A DNA stretch of 63,911 nucleotides, taken from the NCBI RefSeq assembly GCF_004010195.1, contig NW_025215379.1, positions 147,885-211,795 on the forward strand. The letters run 5' to 3'. The position numbers and the translations under genes were made by a program. Below the pieces are notes generated by a model. That model was not told the origin of the DNA. It saw only the letters and a list, made by a program, of their open reading frames with translations, and did no database searches. The stretch is from Chiloscyllium plagiosum. Its lineage: Eukaryota. This document shows positions 52,336 to 63,911 of the stretch, in pieces (within the stretch, counting starts at the first letter, position 1; every line of letters starts with the position of its first letter).

Positions 52336-53194
52336 AAATGTGACTCCAGGATTATGTTGTTTCCTTGGCACCAGGGTCAAAGATATCACATCGCTGGAAA
52401 TTCTTCTGTGAGAGGGTGATCCATTAGAAATGACGGTCTTTGTTGGTATTAATGACCTAAATAGGAAGTGGGGATATGATCCTGCAATCAGAATTTACAG
52501 AGAGAGAAAGTTAGCAAACAGCACCTCTAATGTAGTAATCTTAGATTATAACCATTGCCCCCTACACATAATAAAGGAATAGAGGCTAAAACAGATGAAC
52601 TTGTATCTGGAAAGGTAGAATAGGTGGACGTTGCAATTAGCTCTGTGGTTGATGGCAGTTACACAAGCAGAATGGGTTGCATCTGAACAGAGCCAAGTCT
52701 AAGTACCTTGCAGGCAGTTTCCGAATGCAGTTGGAGAGGATATATTCTTAAATTTATAGTGGTGTGAGAGCCAGGAGAGAACATCAGAAAAAAATACCAG
52801 AGTGCATAAAATACTGAGAGACACAAATAGCACTAAAATGTAAAAAAGTAACTTAATAAATAGGATTGGAATAAGGAAGTCATTAAAGCAATGTAAACCA
52901 GGGTGATAGTGCGTGTATGTGTATGCTTTGAGGCACAGAAGTCCACAGCACAGAAAAAGGCCCTTCAACTCATTGAGTCTGTGCCAATCAAAAACAAGCA
53001 CTTAACTATTCCAATCGCATTTCTGGCACTTGGCCCTTAGCATTGTAGCCTTTGCATTGCAAGAGCATATCTAAACACTTCTGAAATGTTATGAGAGTTT
53101 CTGCCTCAACCACCCTTAGAGGCAAAGAGTTGTGGATTCCACCATTACTCATGCAGTATAGTCAATAACATTGATGACTTACACACATTCACCA

Positions 53195-53575
53195 GGATAG
53201 TGGTGGTGGCATAGCAGTAATATCACTGAATCAGAATCCCAGTCTAAAGTTCTTAGGGCCATGGGTACAAATCCCACTATAACAGATAGTGAAATTTGAT
53301 TTCAATTTTTAAAAAATGGAATTAAAAGTCAGTCTAATGGTGGGCATGTAATTATTGCTATTTTTAAAAGAAAAGCTATTTACTTCACTAATAACCTACA
53401 GGGAGGGAAATATGCCATCTTTTCTTGATTTGATCTCTACATGACTCCAGACACATAGCAATGAGGTTGACTCTTAAATGACTCTGCAAGTCACTCAAAT
53501 CAGCAACAAATCAGATGGACAACAAACATGGCCCTTGCCAGAGATGCCCACATCATGTTTGAAAATAAAGAAAAT
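53195..53575 (+). mobile_element. SINE-like bipartite derivative of the second LINE family (5' head plus 3' tail)
   Basis: Box A-like TGGCATAGCAG, box B-like GGTACAAATCC, ends GCCAGAGATGCCCACATC like the LINE 3' end. Confidence 0.6.
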
Positions 53576-54254
53576 TTAAATAAAGGTTATATTCTCTCAA
53601 AAGGAACAGGTAGAGCAAACAAATCTAGTGCTTCTTGAATCAAAAAAGAAATAGGAATTAAGACAAAGAAGGAAAAGTGCTCATGAAGTTGTAAAATGGA
53701 AAATATCGTTAAGAACCAGGCTGAGCATTGAGAATTGAGAAATGAAGAAACAATTAAGAAGCAAACAATTATGAAAAGAGACTGACACCTAACATAATTG
53801 GAAACCCTCAAGTCTCTCTTTGGCTGCATAATTAGTAAGAGACTGATTAAAGCAGATGGCCAGTCACTCAGAATGGTCAGAGGCAGGATCCTCTCCACAT
53901 TCGGGGTAACTAACTGTGTATCAGGCAGCCAAACGCCTTTCTGAACTCTTTCTGTTCTATTGGCGCTGCTTTCCTTCTGGAATGAATGAAAAGCAAGTAT
54001 TAATGGAAATGAAAGTGGATGGTACAGCATCTACTTTTGATACAGTTGGAACATGCCCCAGGCAAGTGATTAAGCAGTGCAGAGGACATGCATGATTAGT
54101 GATGTTGGAGATTGGGGTGGGTGAGAGCAAGTGAGGGAAGACATTACAGGCAATAGAAATTGGTGGAGCATGAGCCTTGGTTGGAAGTGAGTACAGCATC
54201 ACAGATAAAGTGAGTGTGAGATCGCACAGTGAAATTTTCAATGCTCTCACTGGT

Positions 54255-54450
54255 GGAGTGGAGATGGAGACCTCCTTCCTACAGTAATATACTTGCCTCT
54301 TGATAGCTGAAACTGTACTGACCCACATGACAACCCTGGGACCAGGCTGACATGTTGTGACCTCCACTATTGGTTTTGGTGAAGAGGGCATTCTGTCTCT
54401 CCGCCATCCTACCAGCAGGACTCCAGGTCCCTGAATGCAAAATATCATTT
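54255..54450 (-). pseudogene. Second Harbinger Myb/SANT-like ORF relic
   Basis: With frameshifts: FRDL.VLLVG.AERQNALF...SAWSQ.VVMWVSTVSAIKRQVYYCRKEV. Confidence 0.6.
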
Positions 54451-55118
54451 AAATTTCCCCATGTCTGAGACGTATGTCAAGAACTGTGCAGGGCAATTCA
54501 GGACTGACAAAACCTGTCTGGGTGCACAACGAGCTTTTAAAGATGGTATGTGCATGTAAGGGATGCCAGTTTTTCAAAGGATATCAAATGAGTGATGTGC
54601 TGTTCCAGGAACTGTACATGGTAAGGTGAGGTTAGAATTGGGCATGAGAGATGCCAAAGAGGTGGAGTAGGTAGTTAATGCAGCATGTTTGTTCAGATAT
54701 GATGGTAAATCCCGTTTGGTCTCAGAGCAAGTATTCTCCAAAAACAATTCAACCTCATATTGCCTCAAAAAAAACATAACATTCAGCCTATAGATACAAC
54801 AAAAACAGCTTTCACTTAGGCAAATTATTGAGAATGCAAATAACATTCTATAATATGATACTGCAGTTTACAATATTTAATTACTTTGATGTCGTATCAG
54901 TGTCATCACACACACCATGTTCTTTCGAGATTTTTTGCTTACAATAACTTTCATTAGAAGACATAAACAAGTGATCAAACACTTATCTCAAAATAAGCCC
55001 CAATTTTTCAAGGAATTGGCTTAAAGGTCGGAGACAGAGGGTTGTTTTTCAGACTGGAGGCCTGTGACCAGTTGTGTACCAAGAATGGTGCTGGATCCAT
55101 TGCCTTTCATCTGTTATA

Positions 55119-55455
55119 CTCGGATTGAACTCGGATTTCACCAGTTTCCTCATTTCCCCTCCCCCCACCTTGTCTCAGTCAAATCCATCGAACTCAGCAC
55201 CGCCTTCCTAACCTGCAATCTTCTTCCTGACCTCTCCGCCCCCACCCCAGTCTGACCTATCACCCTCACCTTGACCTCTTTCCACCTATCGCATTTCCGA
55301 CGCCCCTCCCCCAAGTCCCTCCTCCCTACCTTTTATCTTAGCCTGCTGGACAAACTTTCCTCATTCCTGAAGAAGGGCTTATGCCCGAAACGTCGATTCT
55401 CCTGTTCCCTGGATGCTGCCTGACCTGCTGCGCTTTTCCAGCAACACATTTTCAG
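55119..55455 (+). mobile_element. Family A PLE 3'UTR/terminus nested in CR1
   Basis: TSD CTTTCATCWGTTATA at 55104-55118 and 55456-55470. Confidence 0.88.
55363..55398 (+). ncRNA. Minimal hammerhead motif, intact core
   Basis: auuc-CUGAAGA-A-GGGC-UUAU-GCCC-GAAA-CG-UC-gauu. Confidence 0.8.
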
Positions 55456-56419
55456 CTTTCATCAGTTATATAAATGATTTGGACAGGAATAAAGGAAATG
55501 TGGTTAATAAGTTTGAAGATGACGCCAAGGTTGGTGGTGATATAGTGGACAGTGCAGAAGGATATCTCAGAGTACAACAGGACCTTGATCAAATGGGCTA
55601 AGGAGTGGCAGATGGAGTTTCATATACATAAATATGAGGTGTTGCATTTTGGTAAGGCAAACCAGGACAAGACTTGTAATGGTAGTGCTCTGGGGAGTGT
55701 TGCTCAACAAAAACACCTTGGGGTGCAGGTTCATAGTTCCTTGAGATTGGAGTTGCAGATAGACACGGTAGTGAAGAAAGTTTTTGGCGCGCTTGCCTTT
55801 ATTGGTCAGTGCACTGAGTAAAGAGTTAGGACATCATGTTGCAGCTGTTTAGAACATTCATGACACCACTTTCAGAATAGTGCATTCAATTCTGGTCTCC
55901 CTGCTATTGAAAGGATGGTAAGATATTTGAAAGAGTTCAGAAAAGATTTACCAGGATGTTGCCAAGATTGGAGGTTTGAGCTATAGGGAGAGGCTGAATA
56001 GCTGGAGCTTTTTTCCCCGGGAGTGTCGGAGGCTGAGAGGTGACCTTATAGAGGATTATAAAATCATGTGAGGTCTGGATTGGGTAAAAAGACAAGTTCT
56101 TTTTCTTAGGGTGGGAGTTCATAACTAGAGGCTATTGGTTTAAGGTGAAAGGGAAAATATTTAAAAGGGATCTGAGGAGCAACTGTTTCACGCAGAGGGC
56201 GGTGTGTGTATGGACTGAGCTGTCAGAGGAAGTGGTGGAGGCTGGTACAATTGCAGCATTTAAAAGGCATCTGGATTGGTACATGATTCGGAAGGGTATA
56301 GAGGGATATGGGCCAAATGCTGGCAAATGGGACTCAAGCATGGTCAGTGTGGATGTTTGGACTGGAGGGTCTGTTTCCAGGTTGCATAACGCCATGACTC
56401 TATGATGTTGCTGCTACAC

Positions 56420-58095
56420 TAGGTCTACCGCATTTGATGAAGGAACCAACAAAACGGATAAACATACTCGATCTAATTCTCATCAATCTGCTTACCACAG
56501 GTGCATCTATCCATAATAGTATAAGATGGACTGATCTTTGCACAATCCTTGTGGGAAAGAAGTCTCATCTTCACATAGGATACCCTGCATCATGTTGAGT
56601 GGCTCTGCCACCATGCTAAATGGGATAGATTTCTAACAGATCTAGGTACTCAAGTGTTGGCATCTGTGAGGCATTATGGGCCATAAGCAGAAGCAGAATT
56701 ATAACCAAACACATTCTGCAACTTCATGGCCCAGCACATCCCCCAGTCGACCTTTACTATCAAGCCAGTGTATCAATACTGCTTTCAATAAAAAGAGTGC
56801 AAGAGGGCATGCTAGGGGCAGCACCAACCACACCTAAAAAATGAGATGTGAACCCAATGAAGCTAAAACACAGACCTATTTGCATGCCAAATAGCATTAG
56901 CAGCAAATGATAGACAAAACAAAGCAATTCCACAATCAACAAATCAGGTCTAAGCTTTGCAGTCCTGTCACATCCAGTCATGAATAATGATGGGCCATTA
57001 TTGCACGAGGAAGAGGATACACAAATATCATGTCCTCAAATATAGATAAAGTGAAAACATGTGAAACAATTTTCAGCCAGATCAAGATGATAGACAGGTT
57101 CAATCTTCACCTCTAATGGAGATCGACAGCATCATGTATGACAGTCTTCAGCAAATTCCACACACTCTACTTGATACCAACAAATATTTAAAGGCATTGG
57201 ATACTGCAAAAGCTGTGAGCCCTGACAATATTCCAGCAATTGTACTGAAGGCTTGTGCTCCAAAACGTTTTGAACCCCAAACCAAGCTTTTTGGGTATAG
57301 CTACAACACTGGCATTTACCAACAATGTGGAAAGTTGCCCAGGTAATACTGAACACAAAAAGCAGAAGAAATACAAGTTGGTCAATCACAATCCCATCAG
57401 TCTACTCTTGATGATCATGAAAGTGATGATAGAGGTCATCAACAGTGTTACCATGCAGCACTTGCTTAGCACTAACCTGTTGATACTCAGTTTGGGTTCA
57501 AACATGGCTGCAAAGTTCCTGACCACATTACAACTTTACTTCAAACACACACAAAAGAGCTGAACTACAGACGTGATTTGAAAGGCTGTATTTGATCATG
57601 GAATAATACAATACAGAAAAAGCTGTTTGGCTCATCGCATTTGTACCACAAAAGCTACCTTAAATCTAATTAATCCCAGTTTGCAGCACTAGGTCCATAG
57701 CTTTGAACGTTATGAAATTTCATGTGCTTATCCAAGTACTTTTCAAAGGTTATGAGGTTTCCTACCTCAACTACCCACCCATGCAGTACATTCCAGTCCC
57801 ACACCGCTGTCAAGTGAAAAGATCTTTCTTTTAATCCCATTTAAATGTTTTACCTTAAAATTGTGCCACCTTCTTATTGACCCTTCAACTAAGGTTGACA
57901 GGAACCTGAGCAAAAGTAATGTTAATCAAGGGGAAATCTTGTTACTAGTTGGTTACCATAATGGAAGATGGTTGTGGTTGTTGCAGTTCACTCATCTCCA
58001 CTCCAAGACATTTCTGCAGGGGTTCCTCAGGGTAATGAGTTAGGCCCAACATCTTAGGCTACTTCATAAATAACCTTCCCTCCACGATTACGTCA
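56420..58095 (+). mobile_element. Decayed ORF of the second LINE family, with a nested CR1 3' fragment (~57600-57895)
   Basis: ALDTAKAVSPDNIPAIVLKACAP, NHNPISLL, SAGVPQG. Confidence 0.8.
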
Positions 58096-58619
58096 GAAGT
58101 GTGCATTGAACAAAGTNNNNNNNNNNNNNNNNNNNNNNNNNNNNNNNNNNNNNNNNNNNNNNNNNNNNNNNNNNNNNNNNNNNNNNNNNNNNNNNNNNNN
58201 NNNNNNNNNNNNNNNNNNNNNNNNNNNNNNNNNNNNNNNNNNNNNNNNNNNNNNNNNNNNNNNNNNNNNNNNNNNNNNNNNNNNNNNNNNNNNNNNNNNN
58301 NNNNNNNNNNNNNNNNNNNNNNNNNNNNNNNNNNNNNNNNNNNNNNNNNNNNNNNNNNNNNNNNNNNNNNNNNNNNNNNNNNNNNNNNNNNNNNNNNNNN
58401 NNNNNNNNNNNNNNNNNNNNNNNNNNNNNNNNNNNNNNNNNNNNNNNNNNNNNNNNNNNNNNNNNNNNNNNNNNNNNNNNNNNNNNNNNNNNNNNNNNNN
58501 NNNNNNNNNNNNNNNNNNNNNNNNNNNNNNNNNNNNNNNNNNNNNNNNNNNNNNNNNNNNNNNNNNNNNNNNNNNNNNNNNNNNNNNNNNNNNNNNNNNN
58601 NNNNNNNNNNNNNNNNTAA

Positions 58620-61385
58620 TCTTTGTAATGTGAGTTGTCAGAAGGAAACTTCCTGTGCAATTTGAAGTGAAAGAGGCACTGGCAAAAGTGTGAATTTAGA
58701 TGTAGTGACTGTGGAATCAGAAATGATTGAGAAACGGGCTTGAGAATTGAGACAAGACTAAGCACACCATGCATGTCTGTTTTGAAGAGTTGTTGCTTGG
58801 CATAACGTACAAAGAAAAACTGGGAGAGTTGCAGAACCTCCTTGGAACAGCAACAGATCATCACTTTCCCTGCAAAAGGTGACAACTGTGGCTTTTATTC
58901 CGACTAACCTGTGGATTCAATGGATTCCATGACTGTCTCAGAACAAACTAGATTGAGGCTACTATTGAAATGGTCTGTCAGTAAATAGTGGCTTAAAAGG
59001 TTTTTTGGAAAAGAGAAATTGAATCACTGTCCCTTGACACTGAACTGGAAATCCATCAACATGAAGATATTAGGGTCTGTAACCACAAAGAAATATTGAG
59101 AAATAAGGTTTTGTTAACTTCAGAGGGAACTTTCACTGGATGTTGTGATATTAGTACATCAACGAAGACAACAGGCAAATTCTGATCAGATTTCTTGTCT
59201 CCAGCCAGCATATTCAATCATTTTGCTGTTGACGTTGCAATGTGAGTTGACAAAAGTAAACTTCCTGTATATGTTGAAGTAAAAGAAATATTGGGAAACA
59301 TGTAAAGGACATATCTGCAAAGTAAAACTGGCTATGCACACCATTCATAGTTAGAAATCACGCAACACCAGGTTATAGTCCAACAGGTTTATTTGGAAGC
59401 ACTAGCTTTCGGAGCGACGCTCCTTCATCATGTAGCTGTGGAGGAGGATCATAACTTCTAGCAAACGATTACAGTGTCATGCACCTGAAATGATATATTG
59501 AACATACCTGGATTACTGTTAAGTCTTTCATCTCTTCCGATGGGTTGCAGGTTTCGGTTCATTAATATATACATCTCAGAACTTCTTTTAAGATACATCC
59601 TTGAGAAAACTTAAGGTTTTATAAAACAATTGACATCTCAGCTCAGACATTATATTAAAGATAAGAGGTTAAAGTCTGTCTGTATCCTAATCTTGAGTCA
59701 GACTGAATGTATTTCCAAAGTAGAAATTTATATACTGTTGTATGAGTTGAATGCCTGCTTGCAGATTGTGTGCTTTTTGAGCAAAACAAAATGCATCTGA
59801 AAATGCAATTCTGCAAATGCAAACACACTGACAAACACATATAAGTCTATGGGGTGAAATTGATTCCAACCTCTATGTCAATCAGGAATGTTGGTTATTT
59901 TGTGCATGCAGTGCTGGCCTTTGTATTTCTCACGTCTTAACATTAGAATTTGGCAATTTGCACATCATCACTTTCCTTTCAATTGGTGACAATGTTTGCT
60001 TTTATTCCTATTACTCTGCGGGTGTATGCCATGACTGTCTCAGTGATGCGGAATGAACTAAATTCTGGGTACTATTAAAAGGGTCTGTTCGTAGTTGGTT
60101 GCTCAACCCGTTTTTGGTAAAGCGAGTTGAATCAAGGTCCCTTGAGGCTGAATTTGAAATACATCAACATGTGGGCATACACCCTTAAGGAAAAATTTTA
60201 AAATGTGAGGAATAGTTAACATAGCAGAGAACCAATGGCTGGATGCAATGATATTCTTGCATCAAGGAAAACATCAGGCAAAGTCCGGTTAGATTCCTTC
60301 TACATAGAAAGCTTATTTAACCATTTTTCAGTTGACTTTGCAATGAAACTTGTCATTTGGAAACTTCCTGTACAAGTTGAAGGAAAAGAAATATTAGGAA
60401 AAGTGTAAAGGACACAAAGTGTAAAGCTAGATGTAATCAATTCAATCCTGACAAGAATATGTGAGAAAAAGTCATTCTGATCAACAAAAGACCTCAATTA
60501 ATGATAGATGGAACACATCTCCTGAGCATTGCTTGGTAGGATGTTGAACAAAAAATGATGACCAAGTCAATACTCTTTTCACTTCTTGAAACATTTCAAT
60601 ACAATGCAATGTCATGTCAGACAAACATCCTGAGCTAAAGATCCTGAGCTGTAGGACTGCTTTGCAAAAGCAGGGGAATACACTCTCGTGAACTGTCTCA
60701 GATGTCATCAAGTTCTCAAGGCACATCTTAGTAAGTAAAGGAAAAAGTCATCACAAATGTAGGACTTACACGATGTTGATGGCAAGGAGCTGTTGGCAGT
60801 CATATTGTGGTGTCTTTAGACTGCACAGCTTGAAGGCTGTTACAAAGTATACCTTCAAAGAAAGTGACTTCACAAGTGCATCAGTGACAAAGACAAAGGC
60901 TTGATTGGGAGAAAAGCAGACTGACAAGATAACATGAAAACCATGTGAGCAGACAGTCCTGGCACCGATCAGATAAGGCCATTAATATCAATCTCAAATG
61001 TTTGTCATTTTACCAAACCTTGAGAAAAAGTATGATTGAATATTGTGGAATCAGGAATGATTGAGGGAATGGCTTGAGAATTGAATGGATAGAGACAAGA
61101 CTAAGCACGCCATCAGGCTCTTCTTGCTTCCATCTACGTGCTTAGCATTTGCTGCTTCTCATAACGTATAAAACAAAATCTGGAGAGGTGCAGGATCTCT
61201 TTAGAAAAGCAAGCTCGGATCTTTTACCTGGTCAGGTCAAGTTCTCAAGGCTCACCTTGGTGTTTGCAGCCAAAAGTCACCACAACACGTAGCACTTACA
61301 GGATTTTGAAGGCAATGTTGTGTTGGTACTCGTGTTGTGGTGTCATTGAATTGCTCAATTTGCATGGTATTAGAATGAACAGGCT
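58620..61385. repeat. Diverged tandem array of ~0.55-0.61 kb units (about 4), identity unknown
   Basis: AAACTTCCTGT at 58646/59258/60361; CATCACTTTCC at 58859/59966; CCATGACTGTCTCAG at 58927/60029; CATCAACATG at 59054/60162; CAAGTTCTCAAGGC at ~60709/61238. Confidence 0.75.
59351..59862 (-). mobile_element. Family C PLE terminus plus UTR inserted in the array
   Basis: Minus strand reads uac-AUGAUGA-A-GGAGC-GUC-GCUCC-GAAA-GC-UA-gug (HHR with C3A). Matches 7713-7901. Confidence 0.75.
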
Positions 61386-61389
61386 TTAG

Positions 61390-62897
61390 GAAATATTTTT
61401 ATTGAGAAAAAATCTTGTAAATTTGTTACAAAATTACAAAATCTAAAAAATAGTATAACAACCTTATAATGTAATGACAATAATAGTAAACAAACTGCTA
61501 CTCTACTCCACAAACCACTGAGGGGAGAAAAAAAATCTACAAAAGCTATAATTCAATAAATCACTAAAACTAACTAAATTAAACTAAGGTAAATTAAATC
61601 AAATTCAGTTAAGTTACTGCACTCAGCGCAATCCCACCAGAGCTCCCTACCACCGGGAGCATCAGTTGGCAAATCTGTATTTGTTCAGGATTCTTCCTCC
61701 CAGGGGCCGCTGGGCCATCAGACACAGCCCTCATGTCTACACAAAGGCCCTGACCAATATAGCCAACAAGTCTGCGTCTAAATAATTCAGAAAGGGCCGC
61801 CATATTCTATAAAACAGCTCCACTTTCTGGTGTACAATACTAGTAGGGAAGTCCTGGGGGGTGTACTCCATGATTGATCTACACCAGCTGGAGAGTCCCG
61901 GGGGATTCTCCAACACTCAGCTCATTAGAATGCTCTTCCTCATACAGAATGAAAGAATATTAAACAATTCCTTCCCATCCACATCCAAAGAAGGGAGATT
62001 TGGCAAACCCAAGAGGAGGGACACCAGATCCACCTTCACCTCAGTTCCTAATACCCCTTCCAAAACACTCACAATGGCACCCCAATACCTATGAAGCTTG
62101 TGACATGGCCACAAGCAATGAGTAAGAGTGCCAACATTTGGGGCACACTGGGGATGCTCCTGTCTTAAATTTCGCCAGCCGCTCCGGTGCCAAATGAGCC
62201 TTGTGGAGTACCTTCAGTTGTATAGACTGCATCCTGTTACAAATTGAAATCTTCCTTACATTCTCCCAAATATTCCTCTACACCTCTGAAAAGATTTCCA
62301 CCCCCAATTCTTGAGTCCACGTTCCACATAGCTGCTCAATATCCTTCGAAACATTACTTCCTAACAAGTGATAGAGGGTGTTGACTGAGAGAGAATCTAG
62401 AGACTGAAGCACTCTCCTCTCCATATCCGACTTATAGGGACTAACCATCAATGTAGTCTTTTTCTGTATAAAGTCCTTAACCTGAAAGTAATAAAAGAGG
62501 TCCCTCCGAGATAGCTCATATTTCTGACTCAGCTGCACGAAAGACGTCATGATCTCCCCGTCAAATAAATTTCCCAAACAGGAGACTCCTCTAGACTCCC
62601 AGAGCTTAAAGCCAGAGTCCAACGGCCCCGGCCAGAATCCTAACATTCCTACTATGGGAGTGAAAGGGGAAGTTTTTTGTAAGTTGCCCTCACCTTGTCA
62701 CATCATTCCCCATGCTTTAACTGTGTTAAGGGCAATTGGGTTTCTGCAATGCTCCATAAGAGTCCTCACCTTGTCCATAAAGAACAAATTGATGAGGGGG
62801 TACTTTGTCTAGAAGGCCATGATGTCCAGCCAGATTGACTGCGAGTCCTGGCAGGCCAAGTCAGCCACATAGGATAGTAAGGGACTCAATTAATATT
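61390..62897 (-). mobile_element. 5'-truncated L1: ORF2 C-terminus with CCHC region, 3'UTR and AATAAA
   Basis: SICNRMQSIQLKVLHKAHL...CP...GTLTHCLWPC...YW; FKLWESRGV...LF.YFQVKDF. Confidence 0.88.
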
Positions 62898-62904
62898 CGT
62901 GTAT

Positions 62905-63292
62905 CGCTGGACATCGGAGTGCATCTGGGAAAGTTAACAAACAGTGAAATTCACAACTAATCTTGGAGGAACTGTTGGGCAAAGTTCACAACACAGAATC
63001 AGATAAGTTATTTGTTGTTTTAAGTCTGTCCAAGAGAAAGGCCTCAGTAGTGAGTATAGTGAATTCTTTCTTGATTATATGTTTTTGGAGATAAGTCTCT
63101 TGATTAAACTTAAAATATAAACCATAGCTATTAAGTTAATCTGGGGCAATGTTTGTAGAGGAATAAGACGGTATTATTTTCTGGGTCTGTAGATTGTGAA
63201 GGAGCAAAAATGGCCTTTGCAGTGATATGTACTTCTTGTCAGATGTAGAGTTTAAAGAGAATTTAAGGGTAACTGCGGATTATATCTGCCAT
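62905..63292 (+). mobile_element. CR1 5'UTR and ORF1 start fragment
   Basis: MAFAVICTSCQM...VTADYIC resembles the ORF1 N-terminus at ~30650. Confidence 0.6.
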
Positions 63293-63305
63293 TAATGCCA
63301 TATCA

Positions 63306-63887
63306 CGCCATGTTCTTTGTGACCTGCAACACATTATCTATGAGGATGAGCACCTCACCAAGACCTTCCCCACATCTCCACTACTTGCCTTTAAACAACC
63401 GCCAAACCTCAAACAGATCATTGTTTGTAGCAAACTGCCTGGCTCTCAGGACAACTCCATACAACCCTGTCATGGTGGACGCTGCAAAACGTGTCAGATT
63501 GTGGACATAGATACCACTATTACGCGTGGGAACACCTCCCACCGTGTACATGGCAGGTACTCATGTGACTCAGCCAACATTGTCTATCTTATACATTGCA
63601 GGCAAGGATGCCCGGAGGCATGGTACATTGGGGAAACTGAGCAAAGGCTACAACAACGGATGAATGGGCACCGCACAACAATCAACAGACAGGAGGGTTC
63701 CCTCCCAGTTGGGGAACACTTCAGTGGTCCAGGACATTCAGCCTCGGACCTTCGGGTGACCATCCTCCAAGGTGGACTTCAGGACAGGCAGCAGAGGAAA
63801 GTGGCCAAGCAGAGGCTGATAGCTAAGTTCGGTACCCAAAGGGAGGGCCTCAACCGGGACCTTGGGTTCAAGTCACATTACAGGTGA
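63306..63887 (+). mobile_element. Neptune-type PLE ORF C-terminus (Cys linker plus GIY-YIG endonuclease), open frame
   Basis: One frame reads PLLAFKQPPNLK...PCHGGRCKTC...NIVYLIHC...WYIGET...RMNGHR...GLN to TGA. Confidence 0.92.
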
Positions 63888-63911
63888 TCACCATTGCACC
63901 ACACACACACA

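Larger units (their letters stand above)
55020..56405 (+). mobile_element. CR1/HER1 3' portion
   Basis: PVTSCVP...YINDLD...KFEDDAKVGG, WQMEF, KHLGVQVH, followed by the 3'UTR. Confidence 0.9.

Noticed and set aside
13161..54232. CACAGTG heptamers as possible V(D)J recombination signals
   Set aside because: No nonamer at 12/23 spacing and no V or J segments seen.
58088..58885. Long ORFs spanning N runs (also the minus-strand ORFs at 39693-40181)
   Set aside because: Artefacts of assembly gaps.
1..63911. CRISPR array or prokaryotic/viral gene system
   Set aside because: No regularly spaced repeat-spacer array or operon-like ORFs; the content is vertebrate transposon DNA.

Overview
Repeat-dense, apparently gene-free vertebrate DNA. 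HE1-type V-SINEs, HER1/CR1 LINEs and the Penelope families present point to a shark/elasmobranch genome (inference). I could not support any host exon. Contents: (i) the 5' half of an L1 (1-2826, minus strand; YY1-type 5' end, disabled ORF1, APE endonuclease) and a separate L1 3' end (~61390-62897); (ii) many nested, decayed CR1 LINEs, one near full length with an SGNH-esterase ORF1; (iii) a second LINE family that appears to have a single ORF and a tRNA-like head; (iv) about nine HE1 SINE copies or fragments; (v) two Harbinger Myb/SANT relics, a Tc2-like DNA transposon and possible solo LTRs; (vi) many Penelope-like element (PLE) pieces. The strongest signal is a population of short PLE-derived insertions with 11-16 bp target-site duplications (TSDs), often palindromic, carrying minimal type-I hammerhead ribozyme (HHR) motifs from four sequence families. 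Their 5' ends or fold-back points repeatedly fall just upstream of the ribozyme core. There is also an unexplained, diverged ~0.55-0.61 kb tandem array (58620-61385) and a FOX/TALE motif cluster in unique sequence. Assembly gaps: 39740-40151 and 58117-58616. Boundaries of old repeats are approximate.
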